Shown in pieces: positions 16,547 to 25,400 of a stretch of 64,000 bases of DNA (position 1 is the first letter of the stretch; each line of letters begins with the position of its first letter). The translations under genes and the position numbers were made by a program. A model generated the notes under the pieces. That model was not told where the DNA came from and did not search any database. It was given only the letters and a program-made list of their open reading frames with translations. Source of the DNA: an uncultured Bacteroidales bacterium (GTDB lineage: Bacteria; Bacteroidota; Bacteroidia; Bacteroidales; WCHB1-69); assembly GCA_937949745.1 (NCBI GenBank), contig CALECM010000105.1, positions 42,877 to 106,876 on the forward strand, given 5' to 3'.

Positions 16547-16606
16547 ACAATCTGTATTTCTGACACAGATTGTACATTCGTTCACTCCCGGATAAATCCC
16601 CGGGAG
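16547..16606 (+). promoter_or_regulatory. two stem-loops in the methyltransferase/rsgA leader (candidate attenuator or small RNA)
   Basis: Hairpin A is 16547-16555 (acaatctgt) with 16565-16573 (acagattgt), 9 bp. Hairpin B is 16585-16591 (ctcccgg) with 16600-16606 (ccgggag), 7 bp and GC-rich, followed by cagtttct...agtttttt. Confidence 0.3.
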
Positions 16607-16695
16607 CAGTTTCTATATTAATTTAGTTTTTTAATCCGCATACAATGATGAAAGCCATTGTTATACTTTCCGTGTATGCAAAATATATTAAGACA

Positions 16696-17475
16696 ATGAG
16701 TAACGAAAATAAAACCATTCACGAATTCGATTTTAATTTAATCTGTGAATTTTTTTCCAACATGGAACGACAAGGCCCCGGAAGCCCGGAGGTAACACTT
16801 AAAGCATTGAGTTTCATCGATAACCTTACCGACAGATCCCGTATCGCCGATCTCGGTTGCGGTACGGGCGGTCAGACAATAGTTCTGGCCCGGCACGCGC
16901 CGGGAGAGATTACCGGACTTGACCTGTTTCCCGGGTTTATCGATATCTTAAATCATAATGCAGAACGGCTTGACCTGAACGGCAGAGTAAAAGGGATTGT
17001 CGGATCAATGGATAACCTTCCTTTTCAGTATGGGGAATTAGACCTGATCTGGTCGGAAGGAGCCATTTACAACATCGGGTTTGAAAGGGGACTCAATGAG
17101 TGGCGTAAATACCTGAAAACAGGAGGTTATATTGCCGTTTCCGAGAGTTCCTGGTTTACAGACGAAAGACCCGCAGAGATTCACAATTTCTGGATGGATG
17201 CTTATGCTGAAATGGATACGATCCCCAATCAGGTGGCCAAGATACACAAAGCGGGGTATCTTCCCGTCGCCGCTTTTATTCTCCCTGAAAACTGCTGGAC
17301 CGATCATTATTTTACTCCAAAAAAGACCGTTCAGGAGATCTTTCTCAAGAAATATGCAGGAAACAAATCAGCGGAGGAATTCAGCAGGCTTCAATTCTAC
17401 GAAGAAGAATTATACCACAAGTATAAAGAATTTTACGGCTATACATTTTTCATCGCAAAAAAGACCACACCATGA
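16696..17475 (+). CDS. class I SAM-dependent methyltransferase
   Basis: ORF 16645..17475; Met 16696 (MSNENK) preferred. Motif [13 protein letters not shown]. ...[11 protein letters not shown]. Confidence 0.75.
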   Translation: MSNENKTIHEFDFNLICEFFSNMERQGPGSPEVTLKALSFIDNLTDRSRIADLGCGTGGQTIVLARHAPGEITGLDLFPGFIDILNHNAERLDLNGRVKGIVGSMDNLPFQYGELDLIWSEGAIYNIGFERGLNEWRKYLKTGGYIAVSESSWFTDERPAEIHNFWMDAYAEMDTIPNQVAKIHKAGYLPVAAFILPENCWTDHYFTPKKTVQEIFLKKYAGNKSAEEFSRLQFYEEELYHKYKEFYGYTFFIAKKTTP

Positions 17476-18527
17476 TCAATCTGCATAATTACGGTTGGAA
17501 CGATCAGTTAAGCCAACTTAAAAAAGTATCAACTTATAATACTCTTACACATGGTCGTATAGCTGTCGTGCACCGCACATGCTATGAGGTTATTTCCGAA
17601 GACGGATTGTTTCTCTGTGAATTAACGGGAAACATGATATATGGAAAATCTGATTTTGAATTACCCTGTACCGGCGATTGGGTCATTTTTCAACCTCTGG
17701 AGGAAAATAAAGGGATCATAGTGGATATGTTACCCCGCGAACGGACATTGTATCGTAAGAAAAGCGGAACGGTGGCCGATAAACAGGCCATCGCTTCGTA
17801 TGTGGATAAAGCATTTATCGTACAAAGCCTTGACGATAATTTCAATGTTCGCAGAGCGGAACGTTTCATGATTCAGATACGGGAAGAAAGAATCCATCCC
17901 ATATTGGTACTCAATAAAGCCGATCTGGACTTCGACAGGCAAAAAATCGAAGAAGAGATCCGGCACATTACCTGTCGAATGCCCGTATTTTTTACGAGTA
18001 TTCATCATCCTGAAACCATTCTTCCGTTAAAGGAATATATATCGGAAGGCGAAACAGTTGTATTCGCCGGTTCTTCGGGAGTGGGAAAAAGTTCTCTGGT
18101 GAACGCGCTTTGTGAAAAGCCGGTATTGCTGACGTCCGGAATAAGCCTTTCCACAGGAAAAGGACGGCACACTTCCACCCGCCGGGAAATGGTATTGATG
18201 GAAGGATCGGGACTCTTAATCGATACTCCGGGAGTGCGGGAATTCGGACTGGCTATCGAGAATCCTGATTCACTGGCGGAAGTACTGGATATTTCCGACT
18301 ATGAAAAATCGTGCCGTTTCAAGGATTGCGGACATGTCAACGAACCCGGCTGTGCCGTTTTGGAAGCGGTAAGCAACGGCACACTGGATCCTAAGGTTTA
18401 TGAAAGTTATCTGAAACTTCGACGCGAAGTTTGGCATTTCTCCACTTCGGAACATGAAAAACGTAAAAAGGAGAAATCTTTGTCAAAACTTGTAGATGAA
18501 GTAAAGAAACGTAAGCCAAATTTCTGA
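17472..18527 (+). CDS. rsgA: ribosome small-subunit-dependent GTPase A
   Basis: [38 protein letters not shown], zinc motif [17 protein letters not shown] overlaps the methyltransferase stop (ATGA). Confidence 0.85.
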   Translation: MINLHNYGWNDQLSQLKKVSTYNTLTHGRIAVVHRTCYEVISEDGLFLCELTGNMIYGKSDFELPCTGDWVIFQPLEENKGIIVDMLPRERTLYRKKSGTVADKQAIASYVDKAFIVQSLDDNFNVRRAERFMIQIREERIHPILVLNKADLDFDRQKIEEEIRHITCRMPVFFTSIHHPETILPLKEYISEGETVVFAGSSGVGKSSLVNALCEKPVLLTSGISLSTGKGRHTSTRREMVLMEGSGLLIDTPGVREFGLAIENPDSLAEVLDISDYEKSCRFKDCGHVNEPGCAVLEAVSNGTLDPKVYESYLKLRREVWHFSTSEHEKRKKEKSLSKLVDEVKKRKPNF

Positions 18528-18540
18528 TATTAACTAACCA

Positions 18541-18572
18541 GTGCGGGTATTAAGCCCGCACTTTTATTTTTT
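18541..18572 (+). terminator. rho-independent terminator after rsgA
   Basis: gtgcggg-tattaag-cccgcac stem-loop followed by ttttatttttt. Confidence 0.8.
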
Positions 18573-18620
18573 ACATATCGAAAAACGATTGTCCTATTAT
18601 TAGCTTTCTCTTTCTGACGG

Positions 18621-20708
18621 TCATGGAATAAACGGACTCTTGTTCCCGGAATAGGTAATGGTTAACTTGTGCATTGCCCTGGTAATCGCTACATACAACA
18701 TATTACGGTCAATTTCGGAAGAGTAATTACCTTCATCGACCTGAGGAATCATAACCTCGTCAAATTCCAGTCCTTTGGCCATATGAGCCGACATGACCAT
18801 GATTCCTTTTACAAAAGCCGAACTCCGGTGGGTTATCAAATAAATATTGTCTGTCGTTTTTTTAAGGTTTTCACTCATTTCCTTAGCCAGGGATTCTGTT
18901 TTGCAGATGATGGCAAGGGATTGATAACCGGATTTATGGTAAGCGGACAGTAGGTCGGCGATACCACGGATTTCTTCTCCGGCATTTTTAAATTTCTGGA
19001 TTTGAGGCGGAGCTCCGTGCCGGAGGACCGGTTCCAGTTCTTTATTAATCCGTATTTGTTGCGCGAAACCCGTAATCTCAAAGGTGGACCGGTAACTTTT
19101 ACATAATTTTATCACTTCTCCGGTCCCCAAAACTTTTCTAATCATATCTTCCGTCGAAGAACAGTATGGGTTGACCGATTGTCCGGCATCGCCTAAAAGC
19201 GTCTTACGGCAGGGATAAAGTTTTTCTATTACTTTGTATTGTACCGGCGTATAGTCCTGCATTTCATCGATCAAAAGATGTTTGATACGGGATTGGTTTT
19301 GATTTCCGTCCAAGGCCAGGTGAAGATAGGCTAAAGGCGCCAGATCCGCGTACTCCAGCGTACGGTTTTTCCCCATCCTGAACATTTCGGGTTTCCCGAT
19401 CCATTCAAAAAAATCCCGGTAAAGCTGAAGATCATGATTTCCGCCAAACATCTTTTTGATCTCTTTTTTCAATCTGTTCCGTTCGGCGGAAATCACCGTA
19501 AACCGATATCGGATTTCCACCATTTCAATAATATAATCCGCCATTACTTCAAAACGTTGCCGGACAGGATAGCGGTTGAAGTTCCTGAATTGCGTTTCTA
19601 TAAATTCCGCAGTGATGGTAACATATTTGGTAAATTTAGGATCTATCGCTTTATATTTGGCCAGTTGCACATCGGTAGCTTTGAAGTAATGATTCTCCAC
19701 ATGGATGATAAACCGGTCAAGCAGATATAAAAAATCACAGGACGACTTAAATTTCATCCGGTCGATCACTGCCGGACCGGGTTTATCCAACAGAGTCGTT
19801 ACCTGTTCGAAAAAATCCTGATATTGATATTTATCATCCAATACTGCGGAAAGGATCTGTTCCATACCGGTTCCCGGAATTGTTTCCTCACCCAGTTCCG
19901 GTAATACATTAGAGATATAATCGGCAAAAACCTTATTGGGGGAAATGATCAGGATATCTCCGGAAGATACGGTTCCTTTCATAGTATAAAGTAAATAGGC
20001 GATACGATGTAAGGCGATGGATGTTTTTCCCGAACCGGGAACGCCCTGGATAACCAGCGTGTCCGCTTCCTGGTTGCGGATCACCCGATTCTGTTCCCGC
20101 TGGATAGTAGCCACAATATTTTTCATTTTATCATCCGCATTGGCGGAGAGTTCTCTTTGCAGAATATCGTCATGTATCGTCAGAGAACTTTCAATCATAT
20201 ATTCCATCATACCTTTACGGATCCGGTATTGCCGCTTCAGGGAAATATCGCCTTTTATTTCACCCGCCGGAGAAGAATAGGAAGCCTCACCGGGTTCGTA
20301 ATCGTAAAACATGCTGCATACCGGAGCCCGCCAGTCATAGATCAGGTTCACTTTATTTTTGAAATCATGAAAAGTGTGTATCCCGATATAAACCGGTAAA
20401 ATACTCTCTTTATCATTCTCCCGGAAATCTATTCGTCCGAAATAAGGAATATCCAGTATCTTACTTAAACGATTACTTTTGCCAATCACATTTTCCCCCA
20501 ATGCGTAATGATTGAGGATACTTTCACGCATGGAACGGATCTCATGCGGATCGATATCTTTATTCGACCATATATAATCTTTATATTCACTTAAAGTATC
20601 GACATGGTTTTTGACTGAAATATCCGTGTTTTCAAGGGCATTTTTTATTATGGATATTATTTTCTCCAAATATTCCCTTTCCTCTTTTTCCGTTTTGTTA
20701 AATATCAT
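18621..20708 (-). CDS. helD: HelD-like UvrD/Rep superfamily-1 helicase (RNA-polymerase-associated type)
   Basis: N-terminal PYFGRIDF region. Walker A GVPGSGKTSIALHRIAYL. DEMQDY. C-terminal AHMAKGLEFDEV...YVAITRAMHKL. Confidence 0.65.
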   Translation of the reverse strand: MIFNKTEKEEREYLEKIISIIKNALENTDISVKNHVDTLSEYKDYIWSNKDIDPHEIRSMRESILNHYALGENVIGKSNRLSKILDIPYFGRIDFRENDKESILPVYIGIHTFHDFKNKVNLIYDWRAPVCSMFYDYEPGEASYSSPAGEIKGDISLKRQYRIRKGMMEYMIESSLTIHDDILQRELSANADDKMKNIVATIQREQNRVIRNQEADTLVIQGVPGSGKTSIALHRIAYLLYTMKGTVSSGDILIISPNKVFADYISNVLPELGEETIPGTGMEQILSAVLDDKYQYQDFFEQVTTLLDKPGPAVIDRMKFKSSCDFLYLLDRFIIHVENHYFKATDVQLAKYKAIDPKFTKYVTITAEFIETQFRNFNRYPVRQRFEVMADYIIEMVEIRYRFTVISAERNRLKKEIKKMFGGNHDLQLYRDFFEWIGKPEMFRMGKNRTLEYADLAPLAYLHLALDGNQNQSRIKHLLIDEMQDYTPVQYKVIEKLYPCRKTLLGDAGQSVNPYCSSTEDMIRKVLGTGEVIKLCKSYRSTFEITGFAQQIRINKELEPVLRHGAPPQIQKFKNAGEEIRGIADLLSAYHKSGYQSLAIICKTESLAKEMSENLKKTTDNIYLITHRSSAFVKGIMVMSAHMAKGLEFDEVMIPQVDEGNYSSEIDRNMLYVAITRAMHKLTITYSGNKSPFIP

Positions 20709-20750
20709 GTTTTATTTTATATATTGCGTAAACAGTCATCAAAATGCCGG

Positions 20751-20758
20751 CAAAATTA
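20751..20758 (-). promoter_or_regulatory. Bacteroidota -7 box (TAnnTTTG)
   Basis: TAATTTTG on the minus strand, 42 nt upstream of the helD-like ATG at 20708. Confidence 0.4.
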
Positions 20759-20817
20759 CATCTATAGCATTGATTATCAAATAGCTATTTATAGCCATAG
20801 GTTAAGGAATATTTTAC

Positions 20818-20825
20818 TATTTTTG
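20818..20825 (+). promoter_or_regulatory. Bacteroidota -7 box (TAnnTTTG)
   Basis: TATTTTTG, 16 nt upstream of ATG 20842. Confidence 0.45.
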
Positions 20826-20841
20826 AACAGGCATAAAAGCA

Positions 20842-21423
20842 ATGGACATACTCGAAATTTCAGAAAAAAGGCAAAGAAAGGCACGGGAGATTATCAGCAC
20901 CCTCCATCTCATCCGGCTATGGGAAAATATAGGTTCGACGGTAAATATCGTGGGCTCCCTGAAAACAGGTTTATTGATACACCGGGATATGGATTTCCAT
21001 ATTTACTCGGATAAGATATCTATTACGGATAGTTTTTCCGTGATGGGAGAACTGGCGGAAAAAGGTGTACTGCAGGATATCCGGTATAAGAATCTCCTCG
21101 ATACCGAAGAGGAATGTCTGGAATGGCACGCTTTATATAAGGATGAGGATGATGAACTTTGGAAATTCGATATGATTCATATCCGTAGCGGTTCAAAATA
21201 TGACGGGGTTGTTGAAAAAGTAACCGATGCCATAATACGCCGGCTGACACCGGAAATACGCAAAACGATCCTTCGGATTAAATATGATATGCCTGAAGAT
21301 ATGATCATTCCCGGTATTGAGGTTTATCATGCCGTGTTCACGGGAAAAGTAAAATCGTATAAGGAGCTGTTGGAGTGGCGTAGAACAAACCCGCTGACAA
21401 ACAGCCTGGAATGGCTTCCCTAA
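20842..21423 (+). CDS. minimal nucleotidyltransferase-fold protein (hypothetical)
   Basis: IVGSLKTGLLIHRDMDFHIY fits the hG[GS]-x9-13-Dh[DE]h signature of the Pol-beta NTase fold. The rest is unassigned. Confidence 0.45.
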   Translation: MDILEISEKRQRKAREIISTLHLIRLWENIGSTVNIVGSLKTGLLIHRDMDFHIYSDKISITDSFSVMGELAEKGVLQDIRYKNLLDTEEECLEWHALYKDEDDELWKFDMIHIRSGSKYDGVVEKVTDAIIRRLTPEIRKTILRIKYDMPEDMIIPGIEVYHAVFTGKVKSYKELLEWRRTNPLTNSLEWLP

Positions 21424-22187
21424 TCCAGTATTCCTAAAACGGAAACCTGGTTTACCGCCTCCATCATATTGTCGACTTTTAATTTTGCCAGTATATTTTT
21501 CCTGTGGTTATGGATCGTATAAATGCTGACATTCAGTCGTGCGGCAATCTCCTTACTTAAGAGTCCCCTGCGGATCATCGCCAATATTTCCTTTTCCCTG
21601 GATGTAAGAGTAACAGCGGATCCCGCATTATGATCGGGCCGGATAATTTCCCCGGTTTTGCGATTGATAACGGTACGTCTGACCTTACCACTGTAATTCT
21701 GGTCAGGAGCGATATCCATAACTCCCATAATGATCCACGCCTTATTGTTCTTGTCCTGTTGTATCACCTGCTGGCGACTGATTACATTCACATACCGTCT
21801 TTTCGCATCACATACGCGGTATTGGAATATCTGTTGGTAGTCATTCCTCTGTGCGGAAGGAAGGGAGTAAATAAATTGTCCGTGTTTTACCTGATATTCC
21901 AGGATTTGTTGCCGGTCATCGGGATGGATCCTTTCTTCCAGCAAATCACCATGCTCCCTGATGGTTTTGATCCATCGCGGATTATATCCGAATATCCGGG
22001 AAAAGTGATCCGATGCGAAATCATAAATACCTTTAAAAACGTCCACGGTAAAAATACATCCGGAAGCAAAGCGGGAAAAATTGCTGATATTTTCCCGCTT
22101 TTGTTCCCACAATTTATAATCTACATCCAAAGGTGAAATTTGTTGCCGGTCCCATAATTCTTTTACGACGGATTTTTCTTCTAACAT
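21420..22187 (-). CDS. PAS-like sensor domain with LuxR-type HTH transcriptional regulator
   Basis: C-terminal LTSREKEILAMIRRGLLSKEIAARLNVSIYTIHNHRKNILAKL. Confidence 0.7.
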   Translation of the reverse strand: MLEEKSVVKELWDRQQISPLDVDYKLWEQKRENISNFSRFASGCIFTVDVFKGIYDFASDHFSRIFGYNPRWIKTIREHGDLLEERIHPDDRQQILEYQVKHGQFIYSLPSAQRNDYQQIFQYRVCDAKRRYVNVISRQQVIQQDKNNKAWIIMGVMDIAPDQNYSGKVRRTVINRKTGEIIRPDHNAGSAVTLTSREKEILAMIRRGLLSKEIAARLNVSIYTIHNHRKNILAKLKVDNMMEAVNQVSVLGILD

Positions 22188-22304
22188 AAGGCAAAAATAA
22201 CGATAATATGTTATGAGAATTGACCCGGCTACTTACGTCTATGACTATGGACGAGTTTATTTGTCCGCTCGCTGGCTTCGATGAACTCAGCCAGCGAGTT
22301 TCTT

Positions 22305-22400
22305 TTATCCTGAGCGAAGTGAAGGACCTTAAGAAATAAATGAATTTTCATCCAATATCCAAATCCCTATTTAGAGTTCTTCACTATCGTTCAGAATGAC
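22305..22400. repeat. inverted pair of the dispersed palindromic repeat family
   Basis: ttatcctgagcgaagtgaaggacc (22305-22328) and gttcttcactatcgttcagaatgac (22376-22400). An extra 10-bp hairpin, ctcgctggct / agccagcgag, lies at 22268-22298. Confidence 0.65.
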
Positions 22401-22454
22401 AGAAGTGACCCAACAGCCGTATATCAATTGTCAAATACCTTGAATCGGCTATAT

Positions 22455-25400
22455 CTAGTCCACTTTAACACATCGTATGCTGGCTCCGTTAACCGCTTTC
22501 ATGTCTTCGATCTGAAGTACCGGACAAAGGTAACGGATATGGGCCGTTTTTCCGGATGTTGCGGTCCAGAAATAAGCATCTCCCAATAAGAAATAGAAAG
22601 AGCGGACAGCGCTGTCATAATATCCAGCCGGTAAAGCCGAAAAGCCGGTCGTATTGGTAGCCGTATTATCCTGCAGCCATTCTCCCGGAGAACGAAGCGC
22701 GTCACTACCGTATGGAATTAAAGTCTCATATTGTTTTACTGTCGGTAATACCCATCCTTCCGGACATATACCGGGTGTTCTTCCCATCGTATCCGCGGAA
22801 CCCTGTCTTGAAGCCGCATCCCAGGTATACAACCGGCCGTAGCGTTGCCTGTTCAGGTTGGTATCCGGATAAAGTCCTGCCTGATAAACACCAGACTGTA
22901 TCGCATTTCCATCGCGGTCCAGTGTGGAAATTAAATTCTCTGCAGTCCAGCAATCGCATCCTATGCGGACGGTGGAATACTCATTATTTTCGTAATCGAC
23001 AGCAATAACCGTGACTACGGAATCGACGGTCCTGTTAATAGTCCATATCGTATCATTAATTCCACAGGGACTATTATTAATTACGATCCAATAAGAACAG
23101 GAAATAACAGAATCGCAGACATCGGTAGCGGTCCATATCACTTCATGGATTCCGGCGCCGAAAACATACCCTTGCGGGATATTATTGGAAAGTACGATCC
23201 CCGGATCGATTCCGGCGCTGTCTCCCCAATGTATTACCGTAGGAAGGGACAGGTCGATATCAGCATTACAAACGCCATAAGGAAGTGTGATCAAGGTATC
23301 CTCACGGCAAACTATTTCGAAAACACCCGGATTATTGCAGGCATAAACCGAGAGCATCAGAGGATTCACATCAGGGGTGTATGCTTTAAATATCGTATTA
23401 TAGAAATTGGATGGACGGGCATTTTTAATGGTAGTCCCGTCGTTATTTATAGCTGCCTGATATAAAGTATAATTGGAAGAATAATCGAGATTATGCATTT
23501 TTACATTCCATAAATAAGTGTTGTCACAGGCAATTCCGGAGCCGTCGTGAGAAATCACATACGAGGGGTCCTGACGGAATGGATCATCTATACTGTTTTG
23601 GAAAACCACGTCGACGGGAATATCATTGTAATATGGAAGATCAAAGCCGCCCACTGTTCCATCGGATGTAATATATTTGATGGTCGGATTATAAATCATA
23701 CAGTAATCTTTCGCCATACTCCACAGAAGACTCTGGATATTATCCAACTGAACCGTAGGATTTAAATTACCTTTCACGATATAAGTACCGTCCGCAATAT
23801 CATAAAATACACCATTGGTTATATCATTATTACCATCGAATTGGCTCCTGGTGAGTATCTCCATGGCAAAGCTGTTAACATCTCTTGGGATCCATCCGGA
23901 ATTCAAACGGGCAAAACGGTACATACCCGGAAAAGAAATGCTGCGGCTGCAATATTGTTGTATGCGTATTTTTTTATCAGCAGGCATATCCAGTGTGCCG
24001 GCAAAAATAATATTCCTGTTCCCACTATTGATATGATTGTCGGCAAAAACCATACTGTTTGAGATTGAAACGGCATAATCGTTCCCCGCGTTCGTTGAGA
24101 CCTTGATATCCCTGAAATAAATACCGTCGGCAGTGGAAAGTTCTATCAGACTGTAATCCGTATTCAGGGAAGCACTTTCAAAAGTGATACCGGAAAGATA
24201 ACGCCGGGCGCGAACATTCCTTTCTTCCCCGTCTTCTACGAATAATACCGATTTATTTGTAGAGGCGGTGGAAACAGAACTTCCGATATTCCAGAAAGTA
24301 ATGTTATCCATAACCAAACTATCGCTTTGCATACCTCCGCTTATCGCAAAATAATAATCATCCAGTTCGATATTATTCCCATCAAATACAAGATTTTCCA
24401 ACAGGATGGGATAACTAAAATTATAGCGGACTTTATTTCCCCCGGGAACATCCGACAAGATTACCGACGGATTACCGACATCGGAAGAAGCCCCGACAAT
24501 CTGGATTCCCGGTTTGTTAAATATATTACCTGCCTCCACCATACTGAAATTTCCTTCGTCGACGAAAATAGTACGCGAAGAATGATCGGAAGGCTGCCCC
24601 AGAACATTAACATCCATACCGGCAAATATTTTACAATCGAAAGTAGTATTGGCATACGGGATAAAAACCGGAACCGTTTTATCAGGATCAATCGCGATAC
24701 TGTCGGCGTACCTTTGCAACAAAACCTGATCGTCAGTAACCAGATAATAAGGACCGGTGTAACGTATGGTAGGACTTGAAAGCGGAGTAATCACAGGCGG
24801 CGTAAAATCATGATCCACAGATACCGGAGTAACCGTATTATCAGCTTTGGAAACCACGGGGAAAAGCGGATTTTGCCTGAGTAGCGTTATCGTATCTTTA
24901 TAATAATGCGAAGAAGAAGTGATCCCGCAACCGTTTTCCGCATGAAGAGTCAATATCCTGCCGTCATCGTTAATGGATTGAATGGTATAGTGTAAGGTAT
25001 CCTCGTCAGGACCTGAAGCCAGTAGAATATTCCCATCGATATACCATTGATAATTGGTGATCGGGGAACCGTTATCAACCGCGCGTACACTAACGGCAAG
25101 ATGTCCTCCGACCGGCAATGTAGGTATTTGGGTAAAATATTCCAGGGAAGGAACATCCACCACATTGATTATAATTCCGTCACTTTTCACCCAACCGCAT
25201 CTGGTATTAACCTCATAATACAATTGTTTACCGTCATCCCATAAAATAAGCGTGTCATTCTCCGGATCAAAATATTGACGGTCCAATATCCATCTTCCCG
25301 TACCCGGGATGATAATACTGGAAGGATCGGAAACTGCAGGAGGATTGATATAACCCAATACATTTCCCGAACAAATAGTATCTATGGTCGGGAGCGGACC

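Noticed and set aside
20842-21423. HEPN-MNT toxin-antitoxin pair
   Set aside because: The NTase signature is present, but there is no adjacent small HEPN gene and no Rx4-6H motif in the C-terminal extension.
21630-22136. 168-aa ORF antisense to the PAS-LuxR gene
   Set aside because: No motifs. The sense strand ends in a textbook LuxR HTH.
22192-22199. CAAAAATA (-7 box on the minus strand) upstream of the PAS-LuxR gene
   Set aside because: It lies only 4 nt from the ATG, so the predicted TSS would fall inside the ORF. I did not list it as a promoter.
22188-22994. Diversity-generating retroelement targeting the C-type-lectin-like FISUMP terminus
   Set aside because: I found no reverse transcriptase gene in the window and no template-repeat copy of the 3' end in the downstream spacer, which contains only the palindromic repeat family.
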